Assembly (NCBI GenBank): GCA_964607145.1
Contig: CAZSIX010000002.1
Span: forward strand, 139,989-203,988
Source: an uncultured Planctomycetota bacterium
Lineage (GTDB): Bacteria; Planctomycetota; JAJSAM01; JAKLKS01
Direction of reading: 5' to 3'
Length of the DNA: 64,000 nucleotides
Below are positions 30,102 through 40,463 of this stretch, one piece after another. Made by a program: the position numbers and the translations under genes. Numbering within the stretch: the stretch's first letter is position 1; each line of letters opens with the position of its first letter. Below the pieces are notes generated by a model. That model did not search any database, had not been told where the DNA came from, and saw nothing but the letters and a program-made list of their open reading frames with translations.

Positions 30102-31433
30102 GTGAGCGAGCCCGCGACGCTGGAACCCGGAACGATGCTGGCGCACTACCGCGTGGAGTCCGTCCTGGGCGCGGGCGGCATGGGGACGGTCTACCTGGCG
30201 CGGGACACGGCGCTGGACCGGCCCGTGGCGGTGAAGGTGCTGCGGCCGGAGGTGGCGGGGGATCCGGACACGCTGGACCGGTTCGTGCGGGAGGCGCGGG
30301 CGGCGGCGCGGGTCAGCCACCCCAACCTGACGCACGTCTACTTCGTCGGCGGCGTGGAGGACCGGCCGTTCTTCGCCATGGAGCACGTGCCCGGCCGGAC
30401 GCTGGAGGAGCGGGTCCGGCAGGACGGTCCCTTCGACCTGGCCTCCGGCATCGACACGCTGACGCAGGCGGCGAAGGGCCTCCGGGCGGCCCACCGGGCG
30501 GGAGTGATCCACAGGGACGTGAAGCCCTCCAACCTGATGGTGCTGCCCGACGGCATGGTGAAGGTGACCGACTTCGGCCTCTCCAAGTCGATGCACGCCG
30601 ACGTGGAGGAGACCGCCGGCGGGCGGCTCATGGGGACGCCCACGTACATGAGCCCGGAGCAGTGCCGCGGCCGCGCGGTGGACGAGCGGACGGACGTGTA
30701 CCTCCTCGGGCTCACGGGCTGGTTCATCTTCGCCGGCGCGCCGCCCTACCCGGGGACCGTCCTCGCGGAGGTTCTCGACGCGCAGATGAACCGTGCGCTG
30801 CCGGACCTGCCCGACCGGGAGCCGTCCCTGCCTCCGGGCCTCGACGGGCTGCTCGCCGCCATGTGCGCCAAGGACCCCGCCGCCCGTCCCGCGGACATGG
30901 ACGCGGTGCTGGGGCGCCTGGCGGCGCTGCGGCCGCGCCCCGTGCGGATGGCGTCCGTGTTCGCCCGGGGAGCGGCCTTCGCCGCCGATACGGTCCTGTT
31001 CGGGACGGTCTTCGCGGCGCTCTCGTTCCTCTTCCTCGTCGTGCTGTCGGGCCGCGGCTCCGTGCTGGCGGAGACGCTGGAGGCGCTGGTGCTCCTGGCG
31101 GCGGCGGGCGCCGTCTTCCTGCTCCCGGAGGGGCTCTGGCAGACCTCCGCGGGGAAGGCGCTGTTCCACCTGCGGGTGGTGCGGGCCGACGGCACGCGGC
31201 CCGGGTGGGGGGCGCTGGCGGCCCGCGCGCTCCTCCGCCTCCCCGCCCCCGTGCTGCTCCCGCTGGCGCCGTTCGGGCCGGAGCGCGTCGGTGCGTGGCT
31301 CTTCGGGCTCCAGGGACTCGCCCTGGCGACGGGCTTCGTCTGGGTCCTCTTCGCGCAGGGCCGGACGCTGTCCGACGTCGTCACGGGAACACGCGTGGCG
31401 TACGACTTCGAGGACGAGCCCCCCCGGCGCTGA
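30102..31433 (+). CDS. Ser/Thr protein kinase fused to a C-terminal RDD-family membrane domain
   Basis: GAGGMGTVYLA...VAVKVL, HRDVKPSNLM, DFGLS, GTPTYMSPEQ; C-terminal hydrophobic segments with R..D..D pattern. Confidence 0.9.
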   Translation: MSEPATLEPGTMLAHYRVESVLGAGGMGTVYLARDTALDRPVAVKVLRPEVAGDPDTLDRFVREARAAARVSHPNLTHVYFVGGVEDRPFFAMEHVPGRTLEERVRQDGPFDLASGIDTLTQAAKGLRAAHRAGVIHRDVKPSNLMVLPDGMVKVTDFGLSKSMHADVEETAGGRLMGTPTYMSPEQCRGRAVDERTDVYLLGLTGWFIFAGAPPYPGTVLAEVLDAQMNRALPDLPDREPSLPPGLDGLLAAMCAKDPAARPADMDAVLGRLAALRPRPVRMASVFARGAAFAADTVLFGTVFAALSFLFLVVLSGRGSVLAETLEALVLLAAAGAVFLLPEGLWQTSAGKALFHLRVVRADGTRPGWGALAARALLRLPAPVLLPLAPFGPERVGAWLFGLQGLALATGFVWVLFAQGRTLSDVVTGTRVAYDFEDEPPRR

Positions 31434-31516
31434 GAAGGGCCGTCGCCGGATCGAGCGCCCGGCCGCCGCCCTCGCGCCGGCCGCGGCCATCGTGTACGGT
31501 GGGCGCGGAGGTGGTC

Positions 31517-32548
31517 ATGGACGGACGCCGCGCCCTCGCCCCGCTGCTCCTGCTCGCCGTCGCCGCGTGCGGCGGGGGGGAGCCCCGCTCCGCGCCGGCG
31601 CCCGCCGGGGGAGTCGCGCCCCCGGGGCCGCCCGCCGCGCGGGAACGGGTCGTCTACGCGGGCTCCGCCTGGTTCGGTCACGCCCCCGCGTGGGTCGGCA
31701 TCGAGAAGGGGATCTTCGCGGAGGCCGGCTTCGACGTGGAGGACCGCGCCTTCGGCTCCAGTCCCAATCGCGTGTCCGCGCTGGAGTCCGGCGCCGCGCA
31801 GTTCGCGAGCCTCGGCGAGGTCGCGATGCTCCAGGCCATGGCCGAGGGGCGGGAGGGGTTCTTCTGGATCGGGAACCAGGACATCGCCCCGGGGAACGAG
31901 GGGCTGGTCGCCGTCGGGATCGAGCGGGTCGAGGATCTCCGCGGGAAGCGCATCGCGGTGAACTTCAACACGTCCGTCCACATCACCGTCGCGCTCCTCC
32001 TGCGGAAGGCCGGTCTCGACCCGGCGAAGGACGTCACGCTGCTCCGCGCCGACGACTCCGCCGTCGTGGACCTCGTGCGGAGCGGCGAGGCCCAGGCGGG
32101 CTGCATCTGGGAGCCGTTCTACTCCGACCTCCGCGCGCTCCCCGGGGCCCGCGTCCTCGGGACGGACACGGACACGGAGATCTACGAGCGGTTCCGGACC
32201 ATGACCGGCCCCGACGTCGTCTGCGCGTCGCGGCAGTGGGTGGAGCGCGATCCGGCCCGCGCGGGCCGGCTGCTGAAGGCGTACTTCCGTGCCGTGGCGT
32301 GGTGCCGCGACCATCCCGAGGCGCTCCTCGATCTCGTCGCCGCGCGCGTGGGCAAGCCGCGGGAGTCGGTCGCCGCCGCCATGAAGAACTTCGTCTGGCT
32401 GGACGGGCCCGCTCAGCGCGTCGTGATGAGCGATGCCCGCATGTTCGGCCAGGCGGAGTACGCGTCGAAGGTGCTCGTGGAACTGGGACTCATGAAGGCC
32501 GTTCCCGCGTTCCGCAACTGGACGCGGACCGACCTGGTCCTGGAGTAG
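31517..32548 (+). CDS. ABC transporter substrate-binding lipoprotein (NitT/TauT / SsuA-TauA-like)
   Basis: MDGRRALAPLLLLAVAACGGG lipobox; NMT1/SsuA-like body; followed by permease and ATPase genes. Confidence 0.8.
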   Translation: MDGRRALAPLLLLAVAACGGGEPRSAPAPAGGVAPPGPPAARERVVYAGSAWFGHAPAWVGIEKGIFAEAGFDVEDRAFGSSPNRVSALESGAAQFASLGEVAMLQAMAEGREGFFWIGNQDIAPGNEGLVAVGIERVEDLRGKRIAVNFNTSVHITVALLLRKAGLDPAKDVTLLRADDSAVVDLVRSGEAQAGCIWEPFYSDLRALPGARVLGTDTDTEIYERFRTMTGPDVVCASRQWVERDPARAGRLLKAYFRAVAWCRDHPEALLDLVAARVGKPRESVAAAMKNFVWLDGPAQRVVMSDARMFGQAEYASKVLVELGLMKAVPAFRNWTRTDLVLE

Positions 32549-32554
32549 GGGCCG

Positions 32555-33484
32555 GTGATCCGGTTCCCCCCCGCGATTCCCGCGCGGCGGCGGTTCCTCC
32601 TGGGCTGCGCCGGCGTGCTGTCCGTGCTCCTGCTCTGGTGGGCCGTCACGCTCCCCGTGTTCCGCGAGCGGATCGTCCGTTCCGAACTGGTGGGGACGGG
32701 CACGTTCGACGTGCTCAAGGACCCGGTCTCCGGCGGGGACGTGCGCGTGGAGCGGACGCGCCGCGTCGAGCGGGAGGAGGAGCGGCCGCGGGCGCTGGTC
32801 AACCCGCCTGCGCTGGACACGCCCCGGAACACCGCCCGCGACGCGTGGCGGCTCATCGTGGAGGGCCGCCCCGGCCTCCTCGCCCACACGCTCTGGTCCA
32901 CGGGGCGGATCCTTGCCGGCTTCCTGCTGGCGGCGGCGGTGGCGGTGCCCCTCGGCGTCGCCATGGGGCTCTTCCCGTCGCTCCGCGCGCTGCTCTCCCC
33001 GCTGATCTCGTTCCTCCGCCCGCTGCCGTCCATCTCGTGGGTGCCGCTGGCGATGATCTGGCTGGGCGCCGACGAGGCGCAGAAGCTGGCCATCATCTTC
33101 ATGGGCTGCTTCTCGGCGGCCGTGGTCTACACCGTCGAGGCCACGCTGAAGGTCGACCCGGTGCTCATCCGCGCCGCGCGCAATCTCGGCGCCACGCCCC
33201 GGCAACTCCTCTGGCGCGTGCTCCTGCCGGCGGCGCTCCCCAACGTGGTGAGCGGGCTCAAGGTCGTGCTCGCCATCGGCTGGACGTGCGTCATCTCGGC
33301 GGAGATCGTGGGCACGCAGAAGGGCCTCGGCGCCCTCATCTGGACGAGCAAGGAGACGTCGAACACGGCGGCGGTCCTCGTGGGCATGGCGACCATCAGC
33401 GGCGTCGTGCTTCTCCTCGACGTGGCGGCGGAGCGCATCGAGCGGGCGCTGCTCCCGTGGGTCTCCGCGGGGGACGGCCGGTGA
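32555..33484 (+). CDS. ABC transporter permease (NitT/TauT family)
   Basis: Multiple TM helices and an EAA-like motif region (AARNLGATPRQLLWRVLLP). Confidence 0.9.
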   Translation: MIRFPPAIPARRRFLLGCAGVLSVLLLWWAVTLPVFRERIVRSELVGTGTFDVLKDPVSGGDVRVERTRRVEREEERPRALVNPPALDTPRNTARDAWRLIVEGRPGLLAHTLWSTGRILAGFLLAAAVAVPLGVAMGLFPSLRALLSPLISFLRPLPSISWVPLAMIWLGADEAQKLAIIFMGCFSAAVVYTVEATLKVDPVLIRAARNLGATPRQLLWRVLLPAALPNVVSGLKVVLAIGWTCVISAEIVGTQKGLGALIWTSKETSNTAAVLVGMATISGVVLLLDVAAERIERALLPWVSAGDGR

Positions 33485-34245
33485 GCGGGCCGGTCCTCCG
33501 GGCCGCGGGCGTGACCCACCGCTTCGGCGCCGTCACCGCGCTGGCGGGACTCGACCTGGAGGTCCGCCGCGGGGAGTTCCTGGTGCTCGTGGGTGCGTCG
33601 GGTTGCGGAAAGTCCACGCTGCTCGGCCTCTTGGCCGGCTTCGATCGGCCCACGGAGGGGGGCGTGTTCCTCGACGGGGAGCCCATCCTCGACGTGGAGC
33701 CGCGGTGCGGCATGGTCTTCCAGTCCTACGCGCTGTTCCCGTGGCTGACGGTGGAGGAGAACATCGCGTTCGGACCGCGGCTCCGGGGCCGCGCCGACCC
33801 GGTGCGCACCGCCTCCCTCGTGCGGCTCGTCGGGATCGAGGGGTTCGAGCGCCACTACCCGTCGCAGCTCTCCGGCGGCATGCGGCAGCGCGTGGCGCTG
33901 GCCCGGACGCTGGCGAACGATCCCGGCGTGCTGCTCTGCGACGAGCCCTTCGCCGCCCTCGACGCCATGACGCGGCGCGTCCTGCAGGAGGAACTGGCGC
34001 GCATCGTGTCCGCCGAGGACCGCACGTGCGTCTTCATCACGCACTCCATCGAGGAGGCGCTGATGCTCGGCGACCGCGTAGTCGTCCTCTCCTCCCGGCC
34101 GGGGCGCGTGAAGGGCATCGTCGACAACGACCTGCCGCGGCCGCGCACGGAGGACGTCCTCGCCTCCCCCGCGTTCCACGCCCGCCGCCGCGAGATCTGG
34201 GACAGCGTCCGCGAGGAGGTGGAGGCCTCGCTGCGGCAGCGGTGA
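33481..34245 (+). CDS. ABC transporter ATP-binding protein (NitT/TauT family)
   Basis: GTG overlaps the permease stop (GTGA); Walker A GASGCGKST, signature LSGGMRQRVALAR, Walker B LLCDEPF. Confidence 0.9.
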   Translation: MSGPVLRAAGVTHRFGAVTALAGLDLEVRRGEFLVLVGASGCGKSTLLGLLAGFDRPTEGGVFLDGEPILDVEPRCGMVFQSYALFPWLTVEENIAFGPRLRGRADPVRTASLVRLVGIEGFERHYPSQLSGGMRQRVALARTLANDPGVLLCDEPFAALDAMTRRVLQEELARIVSAEDRTCVFITHSIEEALMLGDRVVVLSSRPGRVKGIVDNDLPRPRTEDVLASPAFHARRREIWDSVREEVEASLRQR

Positions 34246-34322
34246 GGGGCCACGGCCCGGGCGCGTAGACTGCCCTCCCGGCCGGCCCCTCCGCCCGGGG
34301 ACCGCCAGGAGAACCCGCCCCG

Positions 34323-35567
34323 GTGGACACGTTCCGGTTCGTCGTCGAGTGGGTCCTGCCCACGCTCTTCGCGCTCCCGGCGCTGCTGTTCCTGCGGGAG
34401 CCGCGGGAGGACGGCCGCAGCGCCGGGCTCCTCTGGCGCTACCGGTGGCCGATCCTCGTGGCGACGCGCCTCCTCTGGCCCGTGGCGCTGTTCGCGGTGG
34501 CAGGCGTGGACAACCGCCACGAACTCGCGTCGGACCTCTGGAACCGCCGCTGGCGCACGGATCGGTTCCTCGAGGGCGGGCTTCCCGGCACCACCTACGG
34601 GAACCAGCACGCCCCGCTCCTCCCGTGGGTGGAGATCGTCGGGCGGCTCCTCGTTCCCGGCCGCCACTTCGCCGGGAGCCTGGCGGTCTTCATCCTCGGG
34701 GACTGCCTGGCGGTGCTCTGCGGCGCCCGCCTCGCCGGCCGGCTCCGCGCGTGGGCGGGGGCGTGGCTCCTCCTCACGCCCGCCCTCTGGCACCAGACCG
34801 TGGTGCGGGGCCAGGACGAGGCGCTCTTCACGGGACTCCTCGCGGCGGCGCTGCTGACCGGGGCGCGCGGGCGCCTCGCGTGGACCGGGGCGATCCTCGG
34901 CCTCGGGCTCGCCGCCACGAAGCCCACCTTCGCTCCCTACGCGCTGGCGGTGCTCCTCGTCCCCGGCTTCCGCACACGCTGCGCGTGGACGGCGTTCCTC
35001 GGCGTCGTGGGCGGGGCGTACGGAGCCAACGCGGCGCTGGGGGCGTCGGCGGTGCCCGACATCCACCGGCACGTCGAGAACTGGGGAGCCGGCATGGGCA
35101 TCCCGGATTCCCTCGTGCGGCTCTTCCCCGGGTTCCCCCTCGCCGCCGGCGCGGCGCTCTGCGCGGCGGCGACGGTGGCGGCGCTGGTGGCGTCCCCGCT
35201 CCTCCTCCGGCGCGGCCCCGCCCTGGAGCGCGCCATCGCCTCCGTCGTCCTCGTGCACGCGGCGCTCCTGCTGACGCTCCCGTGCGGCGTCTCGCCGTAC
35301 TTCGCGCAGGGACTCGTCCCCGTGGTCCTCTTCCTCGGCGCGCCCGACGGTTCGCGGGCGGCGCGGGCGGCGCGCGTGCTGCTGCCGGTGGCGGCGTGGC
35401 TGTGCGCCCTCCACTGGACGCGCTCCCCGCTCCTCGGCGCGGCGGTCAAGCCGGTGATGATCGCGTTCCACGGGCTGCTGGTCTGGCTCGTGGTGCGGCG
35501 GGGGCGCGCGGCGTCAGCGCCCGACGGAGACGCAGACGCCGCCGGTGTCGTCGGCCAGGCCCCGTAG
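34323..35567 (+). CDS. Polytopic integral membrane protein (DUF2029/GT87-like guess)
   Basis: 414 aa, many hydrophobic helices; 3' end overlaps the convergent gene by ~50 nt. Confidence 0.65.
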   Translation: MDTFRFVVEWVLPTLFALPALLFLREPREDGRSAGLLWRYRWPILVATRLLWPVALFAVAGVDNRHELASDLWNRRWRTDRFLEGGLPGTTYGNQHAPLLPWVEIVGRLLVPGRHFAGSLAVFILGDCLAVLCGARLAGRLRAWAGAWLLLTPALWHQTVVRGQDEALFTGLLAAALLTGARGRLAWTGAILGLGLAATKPTFAPYALAVLLVPGFRTRCAWTAFLGVVGGAYGANAALGASAVPDIHRHVENWGAGMGIPDSLVRLFPGFPLAAGAALCAAATVAALVASPLLLRRGPALERAIASVVLVHAALLLTLPCGVSPYFAQGLVPVVLFLGAPDGSRAARAARVLLPVAAWLCALHWTRSPLLGAAVKPVMIAFHGLLVWLVVRRGRAASAPDGDADAAGVVGQAP

Positions 35568-36842
35568 GAACGCCGTCTGACCGGTGGCGATGGCCACGCA
35601 GTCGATGCGCACGCCGCGCAGGCTCGCGACGGCGCTCACCACGCGACGGATGGTCGCCTCGTCCCTGAACAGTCCCGTGGAGGGCACGCCGTCGGTTAGG
35701 AAGAGCACCTGGTCCGGTGCCTCCTGCCCCCGCTCGAAGAAGTCGTCGCGGCCCGTCGGGTCCATCGCGAGCAGCAGCGCGTCGTAGATGTTCGTGAGCC
35801 CGCCCGATCCGGCGCGCGCGACGACGGCGCCCGCGGAGCGCACGTTGTCCGGCGACGCCGGAATGAGCCCGCTCCGCCACGCCTTCGCCTCGTCGGAGTA
35901 GACGACCACGCCGAACCTCGACGTCCGCGGGAGGCGGCCGAGCACCGCCACCAGTTCCTCGCGGGCGAGGTCCAGCTTGGTCCCGAACTCGGCCGTCGCG
36001 GCGAGCCGCTTGCGATCCGCGGGGGACACGGTCACGGGCCGGTCCATGCTCCCGGAGACGTCGAGCACGAACACGGGCCGCTCTCCCACCACGGGGACGC
36101 CGTACCACGTGGGCAGGTCGTACTCGATGTCGCCCCGCGGCGGCGCCTGCCGCGTCGCCAGCCACCGCTCCCACGGGCCCGGCTCCCGACCCAGGTCCTG
36201 CCCGGTGATGAGCCTCAGCGCCGCCTCGGCGTCGGCGGCGAGGCGGGTGCGCTCCATCTCGAGGAAGCGGATGAGCACGGGGACCGCGGCCTCGACGCGG
36301 CGGGTCGCCGCGGCGCGCACGGCGGCGGCGCGGACCTGCCACGAGGCGTCCGTCAGGGCCTCCACGACGGCGATGCCCCCGGCGGGTCCCCGGTCCACCG
36401 TCGACAGCGCGAGGATCGCGGAGGCGCGGACCGCGGGGTGGCGGTCCATGAGGGCGCGGGCGAGGATCCCCCTCGCGGCCGGGTCATCCTTCGCGCCCAG
36501 GGAGAGGACCGCGGAGGTCCGCTCCGCGATGGAGGCCGTCTCCGCGACGGTGCGGAGGCGGGCCAGCGCCTCCGGCGACGAGACTCGGGAGAACGCGTCC
36601 GTGGCGTGCGCCCAGACGGCGGGCGTCCGCCGGTCGTGGAGGGCCGCGGCCACCGCGGTGACCCCCTCCGCGTGGCCCGCCGACGTGAGCAGGGCGAGCC
36701 CCCGGCACGTCCCGACCTCGCCGGTCCGCGCCGCCGCGTCGAATCGGCTCCGGAGGACGTCGAAGGGCTCGTCCTGGCCGCGGGCCCCGGCGGCGGCGGA
36801 GGCCGCCGCGACGGCGGCGAGGACGAGGAGGGGCGCCCGCAT
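35514..36842 (-). CDS. Secreted HEAT-repeat protein with C-terminal von Willebrand factor A-like domain
   Basis: Signal peptide MRAPLLVLAAVAAASAAAGA; HEAT-like repeats (DRHPAVRASAILAL, DASWQVRAAAV); vWA-like VFVLDVSGSMD...LTDG; paralog at 47895..49586. Confidence 0.8.
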   Translation of the reverse strand: MRAPLLVLAAVAAASAAAGARGQDEPFDVLRSRFDAAARTGEVGTCRGLALLTSAGHAEGVTAVAAALHDRRTPAVWAHATDAFSRVSSPEALARLRTVAETASIAERTSAVLSLGAKDDPAARGILARALMDRHPAVRASAILALSTVDRGPAGGIAVVEALTDASWQVRAAAVRAAATRRVEAAVPVLIRFLEMERTRLAADAEAALRLITGQDLGREPGPWERWLATRQAPPRGDIEYDLPTWYGVPVVGERPVFVLDVSGSMDRPVTVSPADRKRLAATAEFGTKLDLAREELVAVLGRLPRTSRFGVVVYSDEAKAWRSGLIPASPDNVRSAGAVVARAGSGGLTNIYDALLLAMDPTGRDDFFERGQEAPDQVLFLTDGVPSTGLFRDEATIRRVVSAVASLRGVRIDCVAIATGQTAFLRGLADDTGGVCVSVGR

Positions 36843-36904
36843 GGCGCCGAGAGTACCATGTCGCCACGGGGCGTCCGGAGGTGGCCCGGCCCCGGGGAGG
36901 ACCC

Positions 36905-37417
36905 ATGGCGGAACTGGAGGCGTTCGGCGAGGACGCGGAGAGCGGGCGGGCGCTGCGCCTGCTGGAACTGGCCGGCCTCGACGCGTGGCCCGCCGACCTC
37001 GCCCTCCCCACGGCGAAGTTCGTCCTCCTGCTCTGCTGCGACGCGCGCGGCGTGTCCGACGCCGCCCTCGGCGGGGTGGCCCGGCGGGCCCTGGCGCAGG
37101 GGATGGTCTACCTCTGCGCGTGGGGACCGGAGTGCGACCGCGTGGAGACGGTCTTCGAGGAGTGCGCCGCGGCGGTCGGCGGCAGCGACGAGCCGGAGTC
37201 GGCCATCCTGACCGAGTCCGACGGGGAGGAGCCTCTCTCGCAGGCGCTCCGCATCGCCATCCGCGAGGTCGCTCCGGCCACGGACTTCGAGGCCTCCTGC
37301 GGGACCACCCTCGTGGTCTGCGCGGGAATGCCCCGCCGCGCCGAGACGCTCCGCGAACTGCTCGAGGACCCCGTCGATCTGGACGACGACGCGTACGAGA
37401 TCGACGACGACGAGTAG
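36905..37417 (+). CDS. Hypothetical acidic protein
   Basis: MAELEAFGEDAESG...DLDDDAYEIDDDE; GGGAGGA RBS 5 nt upstream; divergent from the HEAT/vWA gene. Product unknown. Confidence 0.45.
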   Translation: MAELEAFGEDAESGRALRLLELAGLDAWPADLALPTAKFVLLLCCDARGVSDAALGGVARRALAQGMVYLCAWGPECDRVETVFEECAAAVGGSDEPESAILTESDGEEPLSQALRIAIREVAPATDFEASCGTTLVVCAGMPRRAETLRELLEDPVDLDDDAYEIDDDE

Positions 37418-37419
37418 CT

Positions 37420-39804
37420 CTACTCCTGCACCCTCCACCGGTGGTCGAACCAGCCGGCGGCGAGAACGCCGTCGGTCCCCTCGTCCAGGATCCGGGGGGA
37501 GAACACGCACCAGTCGGGATAGCCGCACCCCGAGGCGAACAGGCGGAGGGCACAGCCCAGGCGGGTGCCCGCGGCACCGGTGTCCGCCAGCGCGGCCACG
37601 AGGCCGCCTCCGGGATCGTCGGCGCGGGGGCGGACCACGAGGGCGCCGAGATCCTCCCCCTCGAACCAGCGCCCGCCGACGCGCACGCCGCCGCGCCGCG
37701 CCTCGAAGACCCCGTCGCCGCCGAGGAAGCGCTCCCAGGCCGCGTTGGTGTCGCGGTTCCCGTAGAGGACGACGTCCCGACCTCGCTCGACGGCGCCGGC
37801 GGCGGCGTCGCGGTCGGCGACGATGGGGGCGTCCCCGCGGGCCCGGTAGGTCCAGGTGGACGCGTCCCATCGCGCCCGATCCAGGAGTTCCCGGTTCTCC
37901 CGGGCCGTCCCCCCGGTGCCCACCACGAGGACGAAGCGGCGGAGGAGCGCCCGCTTGAGGGGGCCGGATCGCTCCGGCGACTTCTCCGCGGGGTCCGGCG
38001 GAGGGGCGGGCGAGAGGCGTCCGCCGTCGAGGAGGAACGACCGCGCGACGCCTCCCCCCGGCGGACGCACGGCGAGCCGGCGCACGTTGGTCGCCGTCAG
38101 CACGATCCACGGTGGAAACGGGAGTCGCGCGGCGAGGAGGCGGCTCGGCTCGCCGTAGCGGAGCGGCTGTTCGATGCGGAGCCAGTGGTGGTCCGGGTCC
38201 ACCGCCGGGTCGGCGGCGATCCAGCCCGCGACGGCGGGCTCCGCGGTCCTCGGTCCCGTGGATCGGAAGAGGTCGAGGATCCCGGGCCAGTCGACGCAGC
38301 CGCGCCGCTCCTCCCCCGGCGCCGAGTCGATCCACCAGTGCCCCGCGCCGGGCTGGAAGTGGCGGCGGGGCGGCGCGCCCGCGGCGTCCAGCGCCGCCAC
38401 CATGGCCTCTCCCTCGGACGCGGGCACCACGTCGTCGTCGGCGCCATGGAGCACGAAGAGAGGGACCTGGACGAGGTTCGGAAGCAGTTCCTCGGTGCGC
38501 GAGGCGCCGTCGGCGCCGCGCCAGGGCTGCTGCCCCGCGGCGGCGGGGCGGGGCGCCCCGTACGTGTCGAAGGACCGCCAGCCCGCGCTCGGCGCCGCCG
38601 CCAGGAAGCGATCGGGGTCGTTGGCGGCGAGGTGCCACGTCCCGTGGCCCCCCATGGAGTGGCCGGACAGGTACACGCGCGCCGGGTCGCCGCCGGGGAG
38701 CCGTAGCGCCTCGGCGAGCACCTCGTAGGCGTCCACCCGCCCCCAGTCCTGCCAGTCGAAGCCGAACTCCCCGCGGTTGGTGGGGCACGCGATGCGGAAG
38801 TCCCGCTTGGCGTCGTACGCGTTGGCCTGCCCCCGCGACTCGACGCCGGCGCCGTGGAGGGAGAGCAGCGTCCCGACCCCGGCGGACGGCGCCCCGCCGC
38901 CTCCCGCGGGAGCGAGTTCCGCCCATGGCTGCACGGAACCGTCGATTCGCGAGATGAACGTGCGCCGCCGGGCCCGGCTCTCGCGGGAGCCGGCGGCGGC
39001 CATGTGGAGGGGGGTGCCGCGGGACGCGCGCGACTCCGTATCGACCAGCAGGGCGCCGTGGGGCGGCGCGCCCGCGGCGGCGGCCCTTGGCAGCGCGAAG
39101 CCGATCCGGCGCGGGGCGAGGGGGGCAAGGTCGAAAGGGTCCGAGCGCGTGGCACCACCGGGCGTCCCCGCGGAGGTCGCGGGCGGGACCGCCGCCACCA
39201 CCCGCTCTCCCCGAAGCCAGGCGCGGGTCGGGTTCCAGCACAGCACGCCCGCCGGACCCCCGTCGTCGTCGGCGTCGGGGCGGGTCAGCGTTCCCGGGGA
39301 CGGCGTGGGCAGGTCGTCGGCGGGCTCGAACGTGAGCGAGAAGCCCGACCGGACACCACCGGCCAGGAGGTGGTTGGCGCCGGCCGCGAGGGCCACGGGG
39401 AAGCGCCAGTCCCGGCGGCTGTAGACGTCGCACGCGTAGGGAGTCCCGTTCACGAAGAGGAACGCGGCGCCGGGCGCGACGGCGGTCACCACCACGTCGG
39501 CGGCGCACTCCACGGTGGCCGCCGCCCAGAGCGCGCCGCCATCGCGGTTCCCCTGGAGCCCTTCCGGGGGCACGGCGTCCCGGGGCTCCCAGGCGGAGCG
39601 TGCACCCGGGCCGAACTCGACGGTGTCCCCCTCCGCGGGCGGCGCCGCGTCCCGGGGGAACGCGTGCCGACGCAGCACCGGGGAGGGTGAGAAGGGGACG
39701 CGGCCGGCGGGCCCGCCGTCCTTCAGTACGAGCCAGCGGCGGGGAGCCTCCGGGACCGGGTTCCCCCCGGCGCGGGCGTGTGGCGGCGAGAAGCCGGCCG
39801 CCAC
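37420..39804 (-). CDS. Large alpha/beta-hydrolase (S9 peptidase/esterase-like) with N-terminal beta-sandwich region; start uncertain
   Basis: Contains LSGHSMGGHGTWHLA (nucleophile elbow GxSxG) and HGADDDVVP; N-terminal region reads protein-like up to ~39800; no in-frame ATG there, GTG at 39802-39804 proposed. The 5' half of the 1035-aa track ORF is spurious. Confidence 0.6.
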   Translation of the reverse strand: MAAGFSPPHARAGGNPVPEAPRRWLVLKDGGPAGRVPFSPSPVLRRHAFPRDAAPPAEGDTVEFGPGARSAWEPRDAVPPEGLQGNRDGGALWAAATVECAADVVVTAVAPGAAFLFVNGTPYACDVYSRRDWRFPVALAAGANHLLAGGVRSGFSLTFEPADDLPTPSPGTLTRPDADDDGGPAGVLCWNPTRAWLRGERVVAAVPPATSAGTPGGATRSDPFDLAPLAPRRIGFALPRAAAAGAPPHGALLVDTESRASRGTPLHMAAAGSRESRARRRTFISRIDGSVQPWAELAPAGGGGAPSAGVGTLLSLHGAGVESRGQANAYDAKRDFRIACPTNRGEFGFDWQDWGRVDAYEVLAEALRLPGGDPARVYLSGHSMGGHGTWHLAANDPDRFLAAAPSAGWRSFDTYGAPRPAAAGQQPWRGADGASRTEELLPNLVQVPLFVLHGADDDVVPASEGEAMVAALDAAGAPPRRHFQPGAGHWWIDSAPGEERRGCVDWPGILDLFRSTGPRTAEPAVAGWIAADPAVDPDHHWLRIEQPLRYGEPSRLLAARLPFPPWIVLTATNVRRLAVRPPGGGVARSFLLDGGRLSPAPPPDPAEKSPERSGPLKRALLRRFVLVVGTGGTARENRELLDRARWDASTWTYRARGDAPIVADRDAAAGAVERGRDVVLYGNRDTNAAWERFLGGDGVFEARRGGVRVGGRWFEGEDLGALVVRPRADDPGGGLVAALADTGAAGTRLGCALRLFASGCGYPDWCVFSPRILDEGTDGVLAAGWFDHRWRVQE

Positions 39805-39845
39805 GAGCCCGAGCAGCAGCGCCCCGTGGGCGTTGTGTGGCGGCT

Positions 39846-40463
39846 TCAGTTCCGGTTGCCCAGGTACTTCATCGTGATCTTGCCCTTCACCGGGACGAGC
39901 CCGTCGACGTCGTCGACGTCGCCCGTGAACTTGACCGAGTGGGAACCCTTGCACTGCGTGAACTTCTTGATGCCCTTCACGGCTCCGCCGAGTTTCACGG
40001 ACTCGCCGTCCACCAGCAGTTCGCCGGACACGTCGCTGCGGAGCGGGGTCTTCGACTGCTGGAGCTGCGATTGCACCACCGCATCGAACATCCCGGAGAT
40101 GAAGCGGCCCACCGCCTGCGCCGCCTCCGGCGAGTCGATGGCGGGCCGGGCGCCCTTGGTGGTGGGTTTCGCGTTGTCGAAGACGATGACCTCGCCGACG
40201 TCCGCCTCGGCGGAGCCGCCGGGGCCGGCGAAGAGCGGGTTGATGAACTCGAACATCAGCGTGGACTCGTCCACGACCAGCGTCCCGTCCTCGATGGTGC
40301 CCTGCGCCCTGATGGGGCCGAAGGGGGTGCCGACGACCACGGTCACGGAGCCCTCGATGCCGTTCCAGGACGAGCCGCCGTTCACGCTGAACGCGGAGCC
40401 CCGGGCGTGCATCCCCAGCATCGCCACCGCCACCGTCACCGTCGACAGCAGGTACCTGCGCAT
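39846..40463 (-). CDS. Hypothetical secreted protein
   Basis: 205 aa; signal peptide MRRYLLSTVTVAVAMLGMHA; somewhat lower GC than neighbours. Confidence 0.6.
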   Translation of the reverse strand: MRRYLLSTVTVAVAMLGMHARGSAFSVNGGSSWNGIEGSVTVVVGTPFGPIRAQGTIEDGTLVVDESTLMFEFINPLFAGPGGSAEADVGEVIVFDNAKPTTKGARPAIDSPEAAQAVGRFISGMFDAVVQSQLQQSKTPLRSDVSGELLVDGESVKLGGAVKGIKKFTQCKGSHSVKFTGDVDDVDGLVPVKGKITMKYLGNRN

